The position numbers and the translations under genes are program-made. From Eledone cirrhosa (Eukaryota), in assembly GCA_964016885.1 (NCBI GenBank), contig OZ024745.1, positions 108,376,001 to 108,440,000 on the forward strand: a stretch of 64,000 bases of DNA, written 5' to 3'. Below the pieces are notes generated by a model. The model worked only from the letters and a program-made list of their open reading frames with translations, did not search any database and was not told where the DNA came from. Numbering within the stretch: position 1 is the first letter of the stretch; each line of letters begins with the position of its first letter. This document shows, one piece after another, positions 1-12,858 of this stretch.

Positions 1-59
1 TGGAGAAGAAGTGCATATTAGAGACCACAAGATGTTTACTTCATCCCGTGCATAACGCT

Positions 60-225
60 AGAGTTCCCGATCCTGTGTCATTGTCTTTGAGAGGTACAAT
101 TGTATGAAGTCACCTTATATCACCTCATCCCAAGCTTTCCTAGATTTTCCTCTTCCATAGCTTCCATCAACTTTGAGCACCCTGCACCTTTTTATACAGC
201 TGTCATCTTTCATATGCATCACATG
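60..225 (-). mobile_element. Degenerate RTE LINE fragment (C-terminal end of ORF)
   Basis: Resembles the end of the RTE ORF at about 4560-4730 (gtgtcatt..ctttgagagg..cacctcatcccaag..gcacctttttat.cagctgtcat). Confidence 0.65.
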
Positions 226-989
226 ATACATTTACATATCATATATGCACATGAACACACACACACACACATATATATATATATGATGCAGTCTGATGGT
301 GTCTTTCATCCCTATACCAGTGACTGCTGTGGGTCAGTGATTTGTTTACCAGGAGGTGGAGAAATAGTTGGAAGAACATGAATGATTTAGCATATCCTTA
401 AGAGATATGCTTTTGGTGTCTGGGGTCGAGTGTAGGTGTCTGGTTTATGTTTACTTGGGTTTAAAATTGGCTTTGATTTAATCAGGATGTATTCATATTC
501 AAGTTGGAGCATTTAACAGTCCTAGTTGCATACCTACAATACATATCATCATCATTTTTCATCTATTTTCCATACTTGGTCAGTATGGTGACATGACAAA
601 GAATTTCCAGTCTGCTATGTAAGATGGTCGTGTTGATGACATGACAAAAAGCACCCAGTCAAACTAGTAAAGTGGTCATTTTGGTGACATGATAAAAAAC
701 ATCCAGTCCACATAGTAAATGTGGTTGGCGTTAGGAAGAGCATCCATATTTACATCCAAACCAAGTCAGAAACAAGACACATTCATCTGGTCTGACTTGT
801 CTCACAACGGGTTGTCTCATTCTGATGCTAGACAGTTTAAATGATTGCATCTCACTCAAACATTCCATTCTGGCATGGTTTTTTTACAACTGGATGCTCT
901 TTCCTAACACCAACCACTCCACTGCAATGTTTTTACAGAACATAAACAAACAGAATTGCTGGCTTACATAGTGTCATAAAGGCATAAAG

Positions 990-1410
990 TCACATGCTTA
1001 CACATATGCATCTATGCATACATATATACATACATATATGCATGCATACATACTTACATGCATACATACATGTATACATACATATATGCATGCATACATA
1101 CTTACATGCATGCATACATACATACATGTATACATACATATATGCATACATATTTACATACATGCATACATAGATACATACATACTTATATGCATACATA
1201 CATACTTATCTACATACATACATACTTATATACATATATACAAAGTCACATTCTTAAACATATGCATGTATGCATGCATACATACATACATAAATGCATA
1301 CAAGCATACATACATACATACATACATACATACATAAATGCATACAAGCATACATACATACATAAATATATACATACATATGCATTAGTATATACATACA
1401 CACATGTATG
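990..1410. repeat. (CATA)n/(CATG)n compound microsatellite
   Basis: Directly visible. The overlapping HTY/MYV ORFs are artefacts. Confidence 0.95.
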
Positions 1411-1960
1411 ACAAACAAAAACACACACATTATAACATAATGAAACTACAGTATATTGAGAACAAAGAGACACTAATAAGTAGCTTAGATTGAACTTAGT
1501 TCAATCTGAGCTATCCATTAACAGAATTGGAGCTTCAATAGTATTATAAACAAAAACTATTTGTCTTTGCCAGCAATTCCATGTTTTACGATTCATGCCA
1601 TTCTTTTATTTCTAAAGCTTTAAGCAATAATGGAGGACATTGGAATAAAAACAAAATTTATAATAATAATAATAGTAATAATTAAAAAAATAAACTAGAT
1701 CCTTGGTCCATCATATTTAGCTACTGGTAACTTCTTCCAGTCAGTCTAGATGAATGACTGATACATTTGTTATGACAGCTGCAGTCTTCCTTGGGATGGG
1801 GACGGCATTTTTACTATATAGCTTGTTGCCAATAATTCCGAGAAAAATATTATATTAATCTACCTAGATTCTTTTCCGTTTTGCTTTTTTTTCTTGTTGT
1901 TATTGGGTATGTGTTGTTTTTTTTAAATATTTTATCTCATTTCATTTCTTTATATGTAAG

Positions 1961-2004
<44 letters not shown>

Positions 2005-2886
2005 AGTGTTTCTGCTTGTGTAGCTTTTGTGAGTGTATATGTCCATCTGACAGTGTGCTTGCATGTGTGTGCTTGTGTTTGTGTGTTTGCATATGTGTGT
2101 CAGTCTTGTGAATATTCTTGCCAATGGGTGTCTTTGCATATGCATGGATGTGTGTAAATGTGTAATGTGTAATGTGTAATGTGTGTGTGGTGTGTGTATG
2201 TGCGTGTGTAAATAGGTACAATAATAGAAAGAGCATGAATCCATTCACAGTCATGTAGGGTAGAATAAAAGGGAAAATACAATATATCAAGAATAATATG
2301 CAGAAGTATAGATAATAACAGCTTTTAGTATAACACTACTACTATTTAATAGTAATTAATATTAACTAACACTTACTTATACTATTTCTATTACTATCTA
2401 ATATTAAGTAAAGTGGTGAATGAACAGACTGAGATAACATAAAGTAGAAAGTACTTTCTGGCCTGTTTAGTTCTTGACACCTTCTCTAGTATTAGTATCA
2501 TGCAACTAGTTCACCCTGTAAAATAGTTGATGATTAATTTGAGACATCATAGTTTAGAGAAGACTCTTCAATCTGGTTGAGAATATGACAAGCTCTCTAA
2601 TGCTGGTGCCAAAATAAAAAGCTCCAATCCCAACCACCCACTCCATCCACCTTGTAAGCTGGAGCCACAACAAAAAAGCATCCAGTTCACCCTATGTTGG
2701 AGTCATTATAAAATGCTCCCAGTACATGCTGTAAAGTGGTTGACATTAAAAAGGGCATCCAGCCATAGAAACTAAGTTAAAACGGAATGTATGAGCAAGA
2801 CATGGTCGCCTGACCACTCTAACTTCAGAACGGGATAACCTGTCCATGCAAGTATGCAAAATAGATGGTAAATGGTGATGATAAAG

Positions 2887-2958
<72 letters not shown>

Positions 2959-2961
<3 letters not shown>

Positions 2962-3358
2962 TCATCATCATCATCATCATCACCGTTTTACGTCCGTTCT
3001 TCCACGCTAGCATGGGTTAGACGGGTTGTCCTGTTGTGGGCAGTGTCTGGTCGGCTGACCATGCCTTGCTCATACAGGAACTGATTTGGCTTGATTTCTA
3101 CAGCTGGATGCCCAACCTCATTTACAGTGAGTGCTGGGTGCTTTTTCGTGGCGCCTACACGTCCACTTTACAGTGTGGGCTGAGTGCTTTTTTGCCGTGG
3201 CACCTCCACGACCACCTTGCGGTGGGGGGTGTGGGGGCATATTGTCTATATGCTTCAGCTTGTACCCATGGGAGGTCGGGTACTCTGTATTACTGCGTGA
3301 CGCCAGAGGTCACGGTCGTGTGTCATCGCCTTTGAGAGGTGTAATTGGGTAAAGTCGG

Positions 3359-3361
<3 letters not shown>
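2959..3361 (-). mobile_element. RTE-A LINE, 5'-truncated 3' end with (TGA)n tail, flanked by (TA)n on both sides
   Basis: Near-identical to 4205-4615. It starts with (tca)n on the + strand. Confidence 0.93.
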
Positions 3362-3404
<43 letters not shown>

Positions 3405-3516
3405 TTGAAATAAAATGAAAACGAAATTTCATTTCTCACTCTTAGTATGGCACTTACTTAAATGTAAGTATGTATTTATACGTACATACATATATGTATA
3501 CAGACGTACAGTAGCA

Positions 3517-3556
<40 letters not shown>

Positions 3557-3706
3557 CAGGTACACATACATATATGCACGCATCAGTTTAGCGGACGCTT
3601 ATTATAACGCCGCTTTGTTCGTTTGTAAACAAACTGAACAGCCTGAATTTATGCCATACGGTGTTAAGGCAACCACGTCACCTTTTTGTTCAACACTGAC
3701 ACAGGA

Positions 3707-3749
3707 ACGATGTACTAGTTTCAAGCTTGTTAGCTATCATCAACACCGT
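3707..3749 (-). ncRNA. Type I hammerhead ribozyme, C3U variant (inverted-arm copy)
   Basis: Reverse complement reads acggtg-TTGATGA-tagct aaca agctt-GAAA-ctag-TA-catcgt. Confidence 0.7.
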
Positions 3750-3913
3750 ATACCCATCTTATACATATCTTCGGTATACATATCACCGTATACATATCTT
3801 CGGTATGCCTGACCGATTTAACTCACTCAATATGCAAATTAGGCTGCTCAGCCGTTAATTTTCATAAGGAAAGTATATACTTTCGAACGTTCAACTATCT
3901 GGCAGATGGGTAT

Positions 3914-3956
3914 ACGGTGCTGATGATAGCTAACAAGCTTGAAACTAGTACATTGT
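3914..3956 (+). ncRNA. Minimal type I hammerhead ribozyme
   Basis: acggtg-CTGATGA-t AGCT aaca AGCT t-GAAA-CTAG-TA-cattgt. Stem I is acggtg/cattgt with G.U pairs, stem III is palindromic, and the cleavage triplet is GUA. Confidence 0.85.
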
Positions 3957-4204
3957 TCCTGTGTCAGTGTTGAACAAAAAGGTGATGTGGTTGCCTTAAC
4001 ACCGTATGGCATAAATTCAGGCTGTTCAGTTTGTTTACAAACGAACAAAGCGGCGTTATAATAAGCGTCCGCTAAACTGATGCGTGCATATATGTATGTG
4101 TACCTGTATATATATATATATATATATGCATGCTACTGTACGTCTGTATACATATATGTATGTACGTATACATACATACTTACATTTATATATATATATA
4201 TATA

Positions 4205-6593
4205 TCATCATCATCATCATCACCGTTTTACGTCCGTTCTTCCACGCTAGCATGGGTTAGACGGGTTGTCCTGTTGTGGGCAGTGTCTGGTCGGCTGACC
4301 ATGCCTTGCTCATACAGGAACTGATCTGGCTTGATTTCTACAGCTGGATGCCCTTCCTAACACCAACCTCATTTACAGTGAGTGCTGGGTGCTTTTTTGT
4401 GGCGCCTACACGTCCACTTTACAGTGTGGGCTGGGTGCTTTTTTGCCGTGGCACCTCCACGACCACCTTGCGGTGGGGGGGGGGGGGGGGCATATTGTTT
4501 ATATGCTTCAGCATGTACCCATGGGAGGTCGGGTACCCTGTATTACTGCGTGACGCCAGAAGTCACGGTCGTGTGTCATTGACTTTGAGAGGTGTAGTTG
4601 GGTAAGGTCGGCTTTTATCACCTCATCCCAAGTCATCTTGGGTCTCCCCACTCCGCGGTTTCCATCAACTTCTAGTGCTCTGCACCTTTTTATGCAGCTG
4701 TCATCCTTCATACGCATCACATGTCCATACCAGCGTAACCGCCTCTCCTGCACGCAGCATTTGATTCCTCTTATGCTCAGTCTCTCTCTCAATTCATTTA
4801 TGCTTTGTCGTTCGCGTATATTACTGTTACACATCCATCGGAGCATGCAGGCTTCGTTTCTCTCTAATCTACGTAAGTCTTCCACCTTCAGCGCCCAGGT
4901 CTCACTACCATGCAACATCGCTGTTCGGATACACGCATCATACAGTCTGCCTTTCATTCTGAGGGAGAAGCCTTTTGCAGCTAGCAGTGGTAGTAGTTCC
5001 CTAAACTTCTTCCATCCCGTTCTTACCCTAGTTATTGTACTTTCTGAGCACCCACCTCCGTTGCTAATTCGGTCACCTAGGTAGCAGAAGCTGTCTACTG
5101 TTTCTACAGGGCCCTCCCAGAGATTGGTGGTACTTGTTTCCTGTGGCTGTTTGCTTGCTGTTTCAGCACAGCTGCTGCATGTGAATCCTACATTCTTAAT
5201 TAAGCTTCCTGAGATCCCGCTACATCTCTTGTGTACCCATTGTTTGCATTTGGGGCAAAGAATGGAGTTCCTACCTACACCTTTCCTACATACTGAGCAA
5301 GGCCATTTCCCTGAGGGGATCTGGGTTCTGTTTTCTCGTCTACTTATAAGGACCTTAGTCTTTGTCATGTTGACTTTGAGGCCCTTTCTCTCTAGTCCCT
5401 GCTTCCAGGTTTGGAATTTATTCTCTAGTTCTACCATAGATTCAGCTATGAGTGCGAGGTCATCAGCATACAGGAGTTCCCATGGGCATCCGGTCTTAAA
5501 CTCCTCCGTTATTGCCTGCAGGACTATGATGAACAGGAGAGGGCTAAGAACAGAGCCCTGGTGGACCCCAACCTGTACGCTAAATTCCTCGCTATACTCA
5601 TTGCCAATCCTAACTTTGCTGACTGCTCCCCTATACATGGCTTGTACCGCTTTCACAAGCCATTCATCTACTCCTAGTTTTCTAAGAGCCCACCAGATTA
5701 CTGCACGTGGAACTCTGTCAAAGGCTTTCTCAAGGTCGACAAATGCCAAGTAGAGTGGCTTACTTTTAGCTAGGTACTTTTCCTGTAATTGCCTCACAAG
5801 GAAGAGCGCATCAGTGGTGCCTTTCCCTGGAACAAACCCAAATTGCATCTCGTCTATATTCACCCGGTCCCTAATCAGCTGTGCTATAACTCTTTCTGTT
5901 ACTTTCATGACCTGGTCCATCAACTTTATACCTCTATAGTTTCCTCTATCTAGTGCATCGCCTTTACCTTTGTAGCAGTTGACAATGATGCTACTGCACC
6001 AATCTTTTGGTATGGCCCCCTCTAGTATTACCTGGTTAACGATACGTGTGGTTATAGTGTGACCTACAGACCCAGATGCCTTCAGCATCTCGGCAGCTAT
6101 ACCCGATGGACCGGTTGCCTTCCCTATCTTCATATCTCTGATTGCCTTACTTACTACGCTGCCGCTGACTTGTACTGCTGGTCCCTCTATAGGGTCTACG
6201 TGGGGTAGGGTCTCTTCTTCCCATGCATTCTCCTCATTTAGTAATCTATCATAATGACTCTTCCATGCATCTTTCTTCTCAGCACTTGTGAGGGCAAGCT
6301 CACCTTTATCATTCCGGATACACTTCTCTCCAATGACATCACAACTATCTCTGACACACTGCCTCGCAATCTTGAATACCTCCTGTTTCTGGTCCTCACG
6401 TTGTAAAACATGCTTGAATTTTCTATCCTCTGCTTCCCTCCTAGCTAAGTATACTTGTCGCCTAGCTTCCCTCTTGGTCTCTATGTAATGTACCCTGCTC
6501 CCCCCGTTCTTCCATTCTTTCCATGCCTGTCTCTTGGCCTTGACTGCTTCATCTACCTTATTGTTAATGACTGCTTCATCTACCTTATTGTTA
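4205..6593 (-). mobile_element. RTE-clade LINE (RTE-A), 5'-truncated, young copy
   Basis: Uninterrupted RT ORF, a 3' UTR of about 300 bp and a (TGA)n tail abutting (TA)n. Confidence 0.97.
4508..6593 (-). CDS. RTE reverse transcriptase (partial ORF, no APE domain) with an internal C4HC3 finger
   Basis: Motifs include KGKGDALDRGNYRGIKL, QFGFVPGKGTTDA, FVDLEKAFDRVP, GVHQGSVLSPLLF, YADD, FCYLG, HGSETW and RRLRWYGHV. The ORF-track extension to 6685 runs into unrelated flank. Confidence 0.95.
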
Positions 6594-6594
6594 T

Positions 6595-6646
6595 GAAGTA
6601 AAGCGGTTAAACCAGTGTTAGAACACTGGTTTAATCGCTTTACTTC
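6595..6646. repeat. 25-bp-arm hairpin at the RTE 5' junction
   Basis: gaagtaaagcggttaaaccagtgtt-ag-aacactggtttaatcgctttacttc, with one mismatch. Confidence 0.9.
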
Positions 6647-6840
6647 CCTCCGCAGAAGAGATATTATCTCGAAAATTAAGGACATCTAAATAAATCTAAG
6701 GTAAAAGACTAATTGTCAACAATATCTTTTGCATTTGCATTCTTTATTCTATGTCCATACCTGCATTGTTTTGGCTTTATTATACATATACAAACGTTTA
6801 CACCTCATTACACAATGCTTCAAGTGAACTATAACCTCCT

Positions 6841-6879
<39 letters not shown>

Positions 6880-7078
6880 GAGGTTATATTTAATTTGTTG
6901 GGATACAACAAGCAAAATATTTTTATAACTGATATAAAGCACTCAACAAATTATTGGAGTAAATATACAATATATTAACAAATGGTGGCCCTTGAAATAT
7001 GTATAATGAAATAAATATGGTTTTATAAATATAGTTTCCATTTGTTAATATATTGTATATATATATATATATATATAT

Positions 7079-7139
<61 letters not shown>

Positions 7140-7949
7140 CAATATTATATAAAATACATATGTATTTAATATAATGTGTGTGAGTTTGTGTGTTATTATG
7201 TGGTGGGGTGGAATTGATTATCAAGTTACAAAGACTATTTTCAATGTATCTTATTTTATCTTGTGCCAAAATCCCAGGTGAACTCAACTTGAGATGACAT
7301 CAAAGCTTGGGAAAGAACCTAGAATTATATTACAATTTGTACCTATTGGTATCAGCCATTTTCCTGTTGCCCTCATGATATAAAAACATACCTGTGATAT
7401 ATCATCACCTCATATACAGGTAATGAGGATTTTTGTCTTTGTTTTGGGGGTTTTTTTTCAAAAGACAGACTATGTGGATATAAAAATTGATAATTATCTT
7501 CTCTTTTGTTTTTTACGTTTTTATATATATATATACATATATTTTTTTTTTCACCCCTTACATCTAAGTAACCTATGATGCAATTGATTCTTGGATTTTT
7601 AACTACCTGGCAGAACCCTCACATAGCACTTACTAATTAGCTTGGCCATGTAGTATAAAGAATTGTTATTCTTTATAAAAAGCTACAGGTACATTCTATC
7701 ACTTTCATATTATAGATGTGATGCCGTTAATACTAAAAGTAATAACTAATTATAGAGAATAAATAAATGAACGAATAGATAAAAGCTATAAAGAAGAAAT
7801 TTAGTAAAAAAAATACATATTTTCTCTCCTCCTCCTCCTTCTCTCCTCCTTCCCTCTTCCTCCTTCTCTTCCCTCTTTTATTTTGTTTTGCTATTTTTAT
7901 TTCTCATTCCTGAAACACAGTTTTGCAATAATAATCCAATCTGTCTCTT

Positions 7950-8825
7950 AATAATGGTACTGGTGTTGGTAGTAATAATAGTGGTGGTGGTGGTGGTGGT
8001 GGTGGCAGCGTTAGTAGTAATAATAGTGGTGGTGGTGGTGGTGGTGGTGGCAGCATTAGTAGTAATAATAGTGGTGGTGGCAATGGTAATAGTGGTGGTA
8101 GTGGTGGTGGTGTTAGGAGTTAATAAAAGTCGTTGTGGTGGTGGTGGTGTTAGTAGTAATAATAGTGGTGGTGGTAGTGGTGGCGGTGTTAGTAGTAATA
8201 ATAGTGGTGGTGGTAGTGTTAGTAGTTAATAATAGTGGTTGTGGTGGTGGTGGTGGTGGCAGTGTTAGTAGTAATAATAGTGGTGGTGGTGTTAGTAGTA
8301 ATAATAGTGGTGGTGGCAGTGGTAATAGTGGTGGTAGTGGTGGTGGTGTTAGTAGTTAATAAAAGTGGTTGTGGTGGTGGTGGTGGCGGTGTTAGTAGTA
8401 ATAATAGTGGTGGTGCTGGTGGTGGTGTTGGTGGCGGTGTTAGTAATAATAATAGTGGTGGTGCTGGTGGTGGTGGTGTGTTAGTAGTTAATAATAGTGG
8501 TTGTGGTGCTGGTGGTGGTGTTAGTAGTAATAATAGTGGTGGTGGCAGTGGTGGTAGTGGTGGTGGTGGTAGCAGCATTAATGGTGTTTGTGGTAATAGT
8601 GATGGTGATGGTGGTCGTGGTAATAGTGGTGCTGGTACTGGTTATAGTAGTAGTGCAGGTGGTGGTGGGAATTGTGGTAGGGGTAGTGGGGTGTAGGGCA
8701 ATAGTAATGGTGGTGGTAATAGTGATGGAGGGGGGGAAATAGTGGTAGGAATAGTGAGGTGTGCGACAGTGGTGGTAGTGTTACTAATAGTAGTGGTGGT
8801 TAGTAATATTAGTAGTAGTGGTGTT
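7950..8825. repeat. (GGT)n/(AGT)n/(AAT)n compound trinucleotide low-complexity array
   Basis: Recurring unit gttagtagtaataatagtggtggtggt. Confidence 0.95.
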
Positions 8826-8970
8826 TCACCCTTTTCATCACCTTGTACCCTCCTCTCTCAAACAAACCCCTATCTTTTTCCTTCTCTTATCTTATCCCCT
8901 CAGTAACAGCTTCTGAAACCCTTTAAATCTTAACAATATATTTGTTCATTTTTTTCATTATTATTATTAT

Positions 8971-9160
8971 GTGGATTGGCAGTATCGGTAGAGAGTCGGA
9001 CGCCATGCTTTCCAGCATAGTTACGTCCCTTTACGATCTGAGTTCAAATCCCGCCGAGGTTGACTTTGCCGTTCATCCTTACGGGGTCGATAAAATAAAG
9101 TACCAGTAATGAACTGGGTAATTGCTGGCCTTGTGCCTAAAGTAGAAACAATTATTATTA
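8971..9160 (+). mobile_element. SINE family S2 (tRNA-like A/B boxes, conserved central domain, (ATT)n tail), followed by a degenerate copy at about 9186-9320
   Basis: A-box-like tggcagtatcgg, B-box gagttcaaatcc, then gttgactttgcc.ttcatccttacggggtcgataaaataaagtaccag. Multiple copies occur in the window. Confidence 0.88.
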
Positions 9161-9404
9161 TATTGTTGGGGATGTGGAAAGCCATGGATTGGCAGTATCA
9201 GTAGAATGTCGGACATGCTTTGCAGCATATGGTTACGACCCTTTATATTCTGAGTTCAAATCCCACTGAGATTAGCTTTGCCTTTCATACTTAGGACGTC
9301 AATAAAACAAAGTAACAGTAATGGGTGTGTATGTAGCTGATCTCTCAGACTTTTACAAAGAGCTGGAAAGATAAAGTTAATGTAAAAAATGTTTTTAAAA
9401 ACTT

Positions 9405-9495
9405 AGTTTCTGATATTAATTGTAGGATCTCAAATCTATCAGCATCTAGTAAGATTTTCGATGAGGCAGTTCCTTACTATAACCAACTCCGCTAG
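9405..9495 (+). pseudogene. Penelope-like RT thumb relic
   Basis: Translates as INCRISNLSASSKIFDEAVPYYNQL, resembling the I..RxSxLS.....F....PYY..AL segment of PLE proteins (recognised from memory). Confidence 0.5.
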
Positions 9496-9735
9496 ATAGT
9501 GATTTCACCATTTCACAATTTTGATCCCTCTTACATTCTGGAGATATGGTCAATATTGGGATTTTCATTGTTTAATACACATACACATATATAAAAATGA
9601 CTCTTGGGCAGAGAACCTACCATAAAATCTATAGGACTCACTGCCTCATCTTGCTGAAAACATCTCTTCAAGGTCACATTGAGTTCTAACAAAGTTATTG
9701 GCCCCACCACAAGCAAGTGGACACACACACACACA

Positions 9736-9821
<86 letters not shown>

Positions 9822-9823
<2 letters not shown>

Positions 9824-10180
9824 AATATAAATTAGGATTGATGCTCTGAAATAGCGATGTATACATGAATATATGTATAGTATATTTGGTAATATACCGT
9901 ATGTTTAATTAAAAACATTTTGAAGACCTTGCGCTATGTATAATCAGTTCCTGATTATTACTGGAATTCTATAAGAATCCAGCCTCTATAATTTTCAGCA
10001 GAGGTCAGTGAGTACGCTGCTCTGAGGAACACCAACAGTGTGAAACAGAATGTCAGCTTCTCTCCCTTCTTTGCTGAAAAAAAAGAAGTGACATAGTCAC
10101 TACTTTAAAATAATAGCGCAAGGTCTTCAAAATGTTTTTAATTAAATATACGGTATATTACCAAATATACTATACATATA

Positions 10181-10185
<5 letters not shown>
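9822..10185. mobile_element. Non-coding fold-back element, family F2, inserted in (TA)n
   Basis: Inverted arms are 9865-9937 and 10113-10185, with a hammerhead between them. It is homologous to 56882-57342. Confidence 0.85.
10019..10057 (+). ncRNA. Type I hammerhead ribozyme
   Basis: gct-CTGAGGA-ACAC caaca GTGT-GAAA-CA gaa TG-TC-agc, with a GUC site. An outer helix forms from ttttcagca (9992-10000) and tgctgaaaa (10072-10080). Confidence 0.85.
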
Positions 10186-10248
<63 letters not shown>

Positions 10249-10249
<1 letters not shown>

Positions 10250-10368
10250 AGGTACATGACTGAGTGGTAAGAGAATTAGATTTGCAATCATGAGGTTGTG
10301 ATTTCGATTCCCGGACCAGGTGATGCGTTATGTCCTTGAGCAAGACACTTTATTTCATACTGCTCCTT
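10249..10368 (+). mobile_element. Diverged 5' part of SINE family S1
   Basis: tRNA-like head plus tgtccttgagcaagacactttatttca, matching the S1 copies. Confidence 0.7.
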
Positions 10369-10874
10369 CTGCTAGGAGTTGCCACTGACAGATCATATTA
10401 GTAATTAGAAAGACCAATGGAAACATTGTTTCCTTGGTCCAATATGATGAGCCGTACCCAACTCATTAAGCGATTGAGGTCTGGGATCTTGTTGATTGAC
10501 TGTCTATATATATATATATATATATATATACATCTGTAAATATGGTTGGCATTAGGAAGGGCAACCAACCATAGAAAACAGCACAGAAACAGTCCTATAT
10601 GAGCGAGACACGGTCACCCGACTCAACATGCCTCTAACCCATGCTAGCATGGAAAATAGACGGTCAATGATGATGATGATATATATATGGTTGTTTGTTG
10701 CTGGACTTCCAACATATTTGATAAGTGCTCCAGAACTGCCTGCTCATGAAAATAGTGTTTTACACAAAGATGCTACACATCACTTCATCCACAAATGTGA
10801 GTCTAGAACCCTACTCACTGTGCTGTGTGCCTTCACATACACACACACACACATATATTTATATATATACTTAT

Positions 10875-10906
<32 letters not shown>

Positions 10907-11957
10907 GTATTATTATATATATACATATATATATACACACACACCCACAAAGAGATTTCCACATTTATGACTTTCTCTCCTGTCCGTTTTTAGTCCAATT
11001 GTTCACACAAATAATTGTCATAAATAATTATCTTCATTGTTGTTTTTAGTACAATTTAACAGAGGTTAGATGTTAGATATCAGAGTTAGGCTGTTGAAAC
11101 TAGTTCAATCCTACCTGACAGCTCAATATTCACATTGACAAACTACATAGTCTATAAAACTTAAAAGCAAACTATGTAAACTTCCATTAAGATATCTTAA
11201 GTGGTTTTAATGGCAATAGTTGGTGAAGTCATTCTGTGTAAATCACAAAATTCCTTTAACAAGAAAGTGTAAAAGGACAATAGAATGCAACATGATTCCA
11301 CGACTGTCATTTGAAGAAGAATTGTAAATACATTTATATTTGGCTTGGTAAAGTTCAAACATTAAATACAGAATACCAGATCACATAAACAAGCTATAAA
11401 ATATAGTCTCTATGTGGTCAGTTGATCTGAAAGAAATGGCAGTCAAATCTCCCTTAACCCTTTTGTTACCTATTTTTTATGAAATCCACTGCCAGTAGTT
11501 CTCAAATAATTTTCAAAATAATCAACAATTTGAAGGGAATTAGTAATATAACTAATATTCTTGTCATTAAGCTGGTGTTTGGAACATAACTTAAGAAAGG
11601 TTGTTGCATAAAATTATTATGGAAGGTTTTGAGATAAATATAAGTATAGACGTTAGATCTCTAAACCACCGGGAAGGTAGTCTGTCTAGGAGAGCAATCA
11701 TTCTGAATTACAACTGATACAGAGTGGAGAGGATTATTGATTTCGGTCAGACAATCTTTCTAGTGCTGGTGGCATGAAGAATGTATCCAGTCTACACTGT
11801 AAAGTGGTTGGTGACAGAAAAGGCATCCAGCCAGAAAAGCCCTGCCAAAATATAAAAAAAATCACAACAGATAAGGTTCAATCTATGCAAGCATGGAAAA
11901 ATGAACATAAAATGAAGAGGATGATGATGGTGATAATGATGATGATAAACATTTTAA

Positions 11958-12060
11958 CCCTTTAGCATTTACATTACTCTATATATACTAATGTATTTTC
12001 ACGGTAAACACTTTATCTCATGGTTATCTCACATAATATCGAATCTGTGAGACTTTGATA
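11958..12060 (+). mobile_element. Partial piggyBac-type MITE
   Basis: ttaa|ccctttagcatttacattactcta matches the left end of 46071-46275. Confidence 0.7.
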
Positions 12061-12203
12061 TCACAAATAGGGTAACAAAGCAGAAAAAAAGTCCTTGCCC
12101 ACCCAAAGATTTGGGATCCTGAAATATGAGAGAGATGGGCTATTGACTTTTTAATAACTAACATTTGAAGACTATAGTTCCACAGCTATTTATTATCATC
12201 ATT

Positions 12204-12237
<34 letters not shown>

Positions 12238-12496
12238 GCATCATCCTATTCATTATAATACAAATCAATCTTTCTGACAAAATTCTGTCATTATCAACAG
12301 ACAATATTATATGATATGAAAGCTAAAACATTTCATATAAAGTATCTTTATTTTTCACAATCTAAATTACAAAATGACACTTTCTCATATTTTAATTATT
12401 GATTACATTTTTCTTTCTTTCTTTCTTTTTTTCTTTCTTTTTTCTTTGTTTCTTTTTCTTTCTTTGTTTCTTTATTTATTTATTCATACATTTATA

Positions 12497-12660
12497 GGCA
12501 TGGATATGGTTGTGTGGTTAAACAGTTTTCATTACAGCAAAGTGGGCTCAAGTTCTCTCCAAATACATGGTACATTGAGTGAGTATTTTCTACCATAGCT
12601 TTGGGTTGAGCAATGCTTTATGAGAGAAATTTAGTAGACAGAAACTGTGCAGAGGCCCAC
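12497..12660 (+). mobile_element. Old degenerate tRNA-derived SINE
   Basis: ggcatggatatggttgtgtggttaa head through tttagtagacagaaactg. It resembles an abundant octopus SINE as I recall it. Confidence 0.5.
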
Positions 12661-12858
12661 TCTTATGCGTGATGTGTTTGTTATTCTTTATGTTGCATCA
12701 CTTAGCAATTTGACAGATAGTGATTGATAAAATAAGTATCAGTCCTGAAAGTAAAACCATGTACTAGGGTTCTACCTTTTATTGTTCCTCCACCACTCTT
12801 GGAATTTTCATGTTTTGGTAGGGTCCCTTCCTTAGAGAGAGAGAGAGTGATATATATA

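Larger units (their letters stand above)
3403..4190. mobile_element. Non-coding fold-back element, family F1 (PLE-like inverted pseudo-LTR), inserted in (TA)n
   Basis: Inverted arms are about 3459-3759 and 3904-4188, and the same fortuitous ORF (FVCKQTEQPEF...) appears on both strands. There is a one-sided tail at 3403-3458 and a hammerhead in each arm. Confidence 0.85.

Noticed and set aside
3516-4048. The same peptide encoded on both strands (FVCKQTEQPEF...)
   Set aside because: It is a consequence of the inverted repeat, with no protein-like features.
4638-5753. Long + strand ORFs opposite the RTE RT (also 55100-55576)
   Set aside because: They are antisense shadows of the RT reading frame.
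6594-6685. N-terminus of the 725-aa ORF as a true start
   Set aside because: It lies beyond the LINE truncation point and reads through a hairpin. The longer copy at 54500-56855 has different upstream sequence.
7888-8742. Gly/Ser/Asn-rich or poly-Val ORFs resembling a structural protein
   Set aside because: This is a trinucleotide low-complexity array that is open in several frames, with no splice or domain support.
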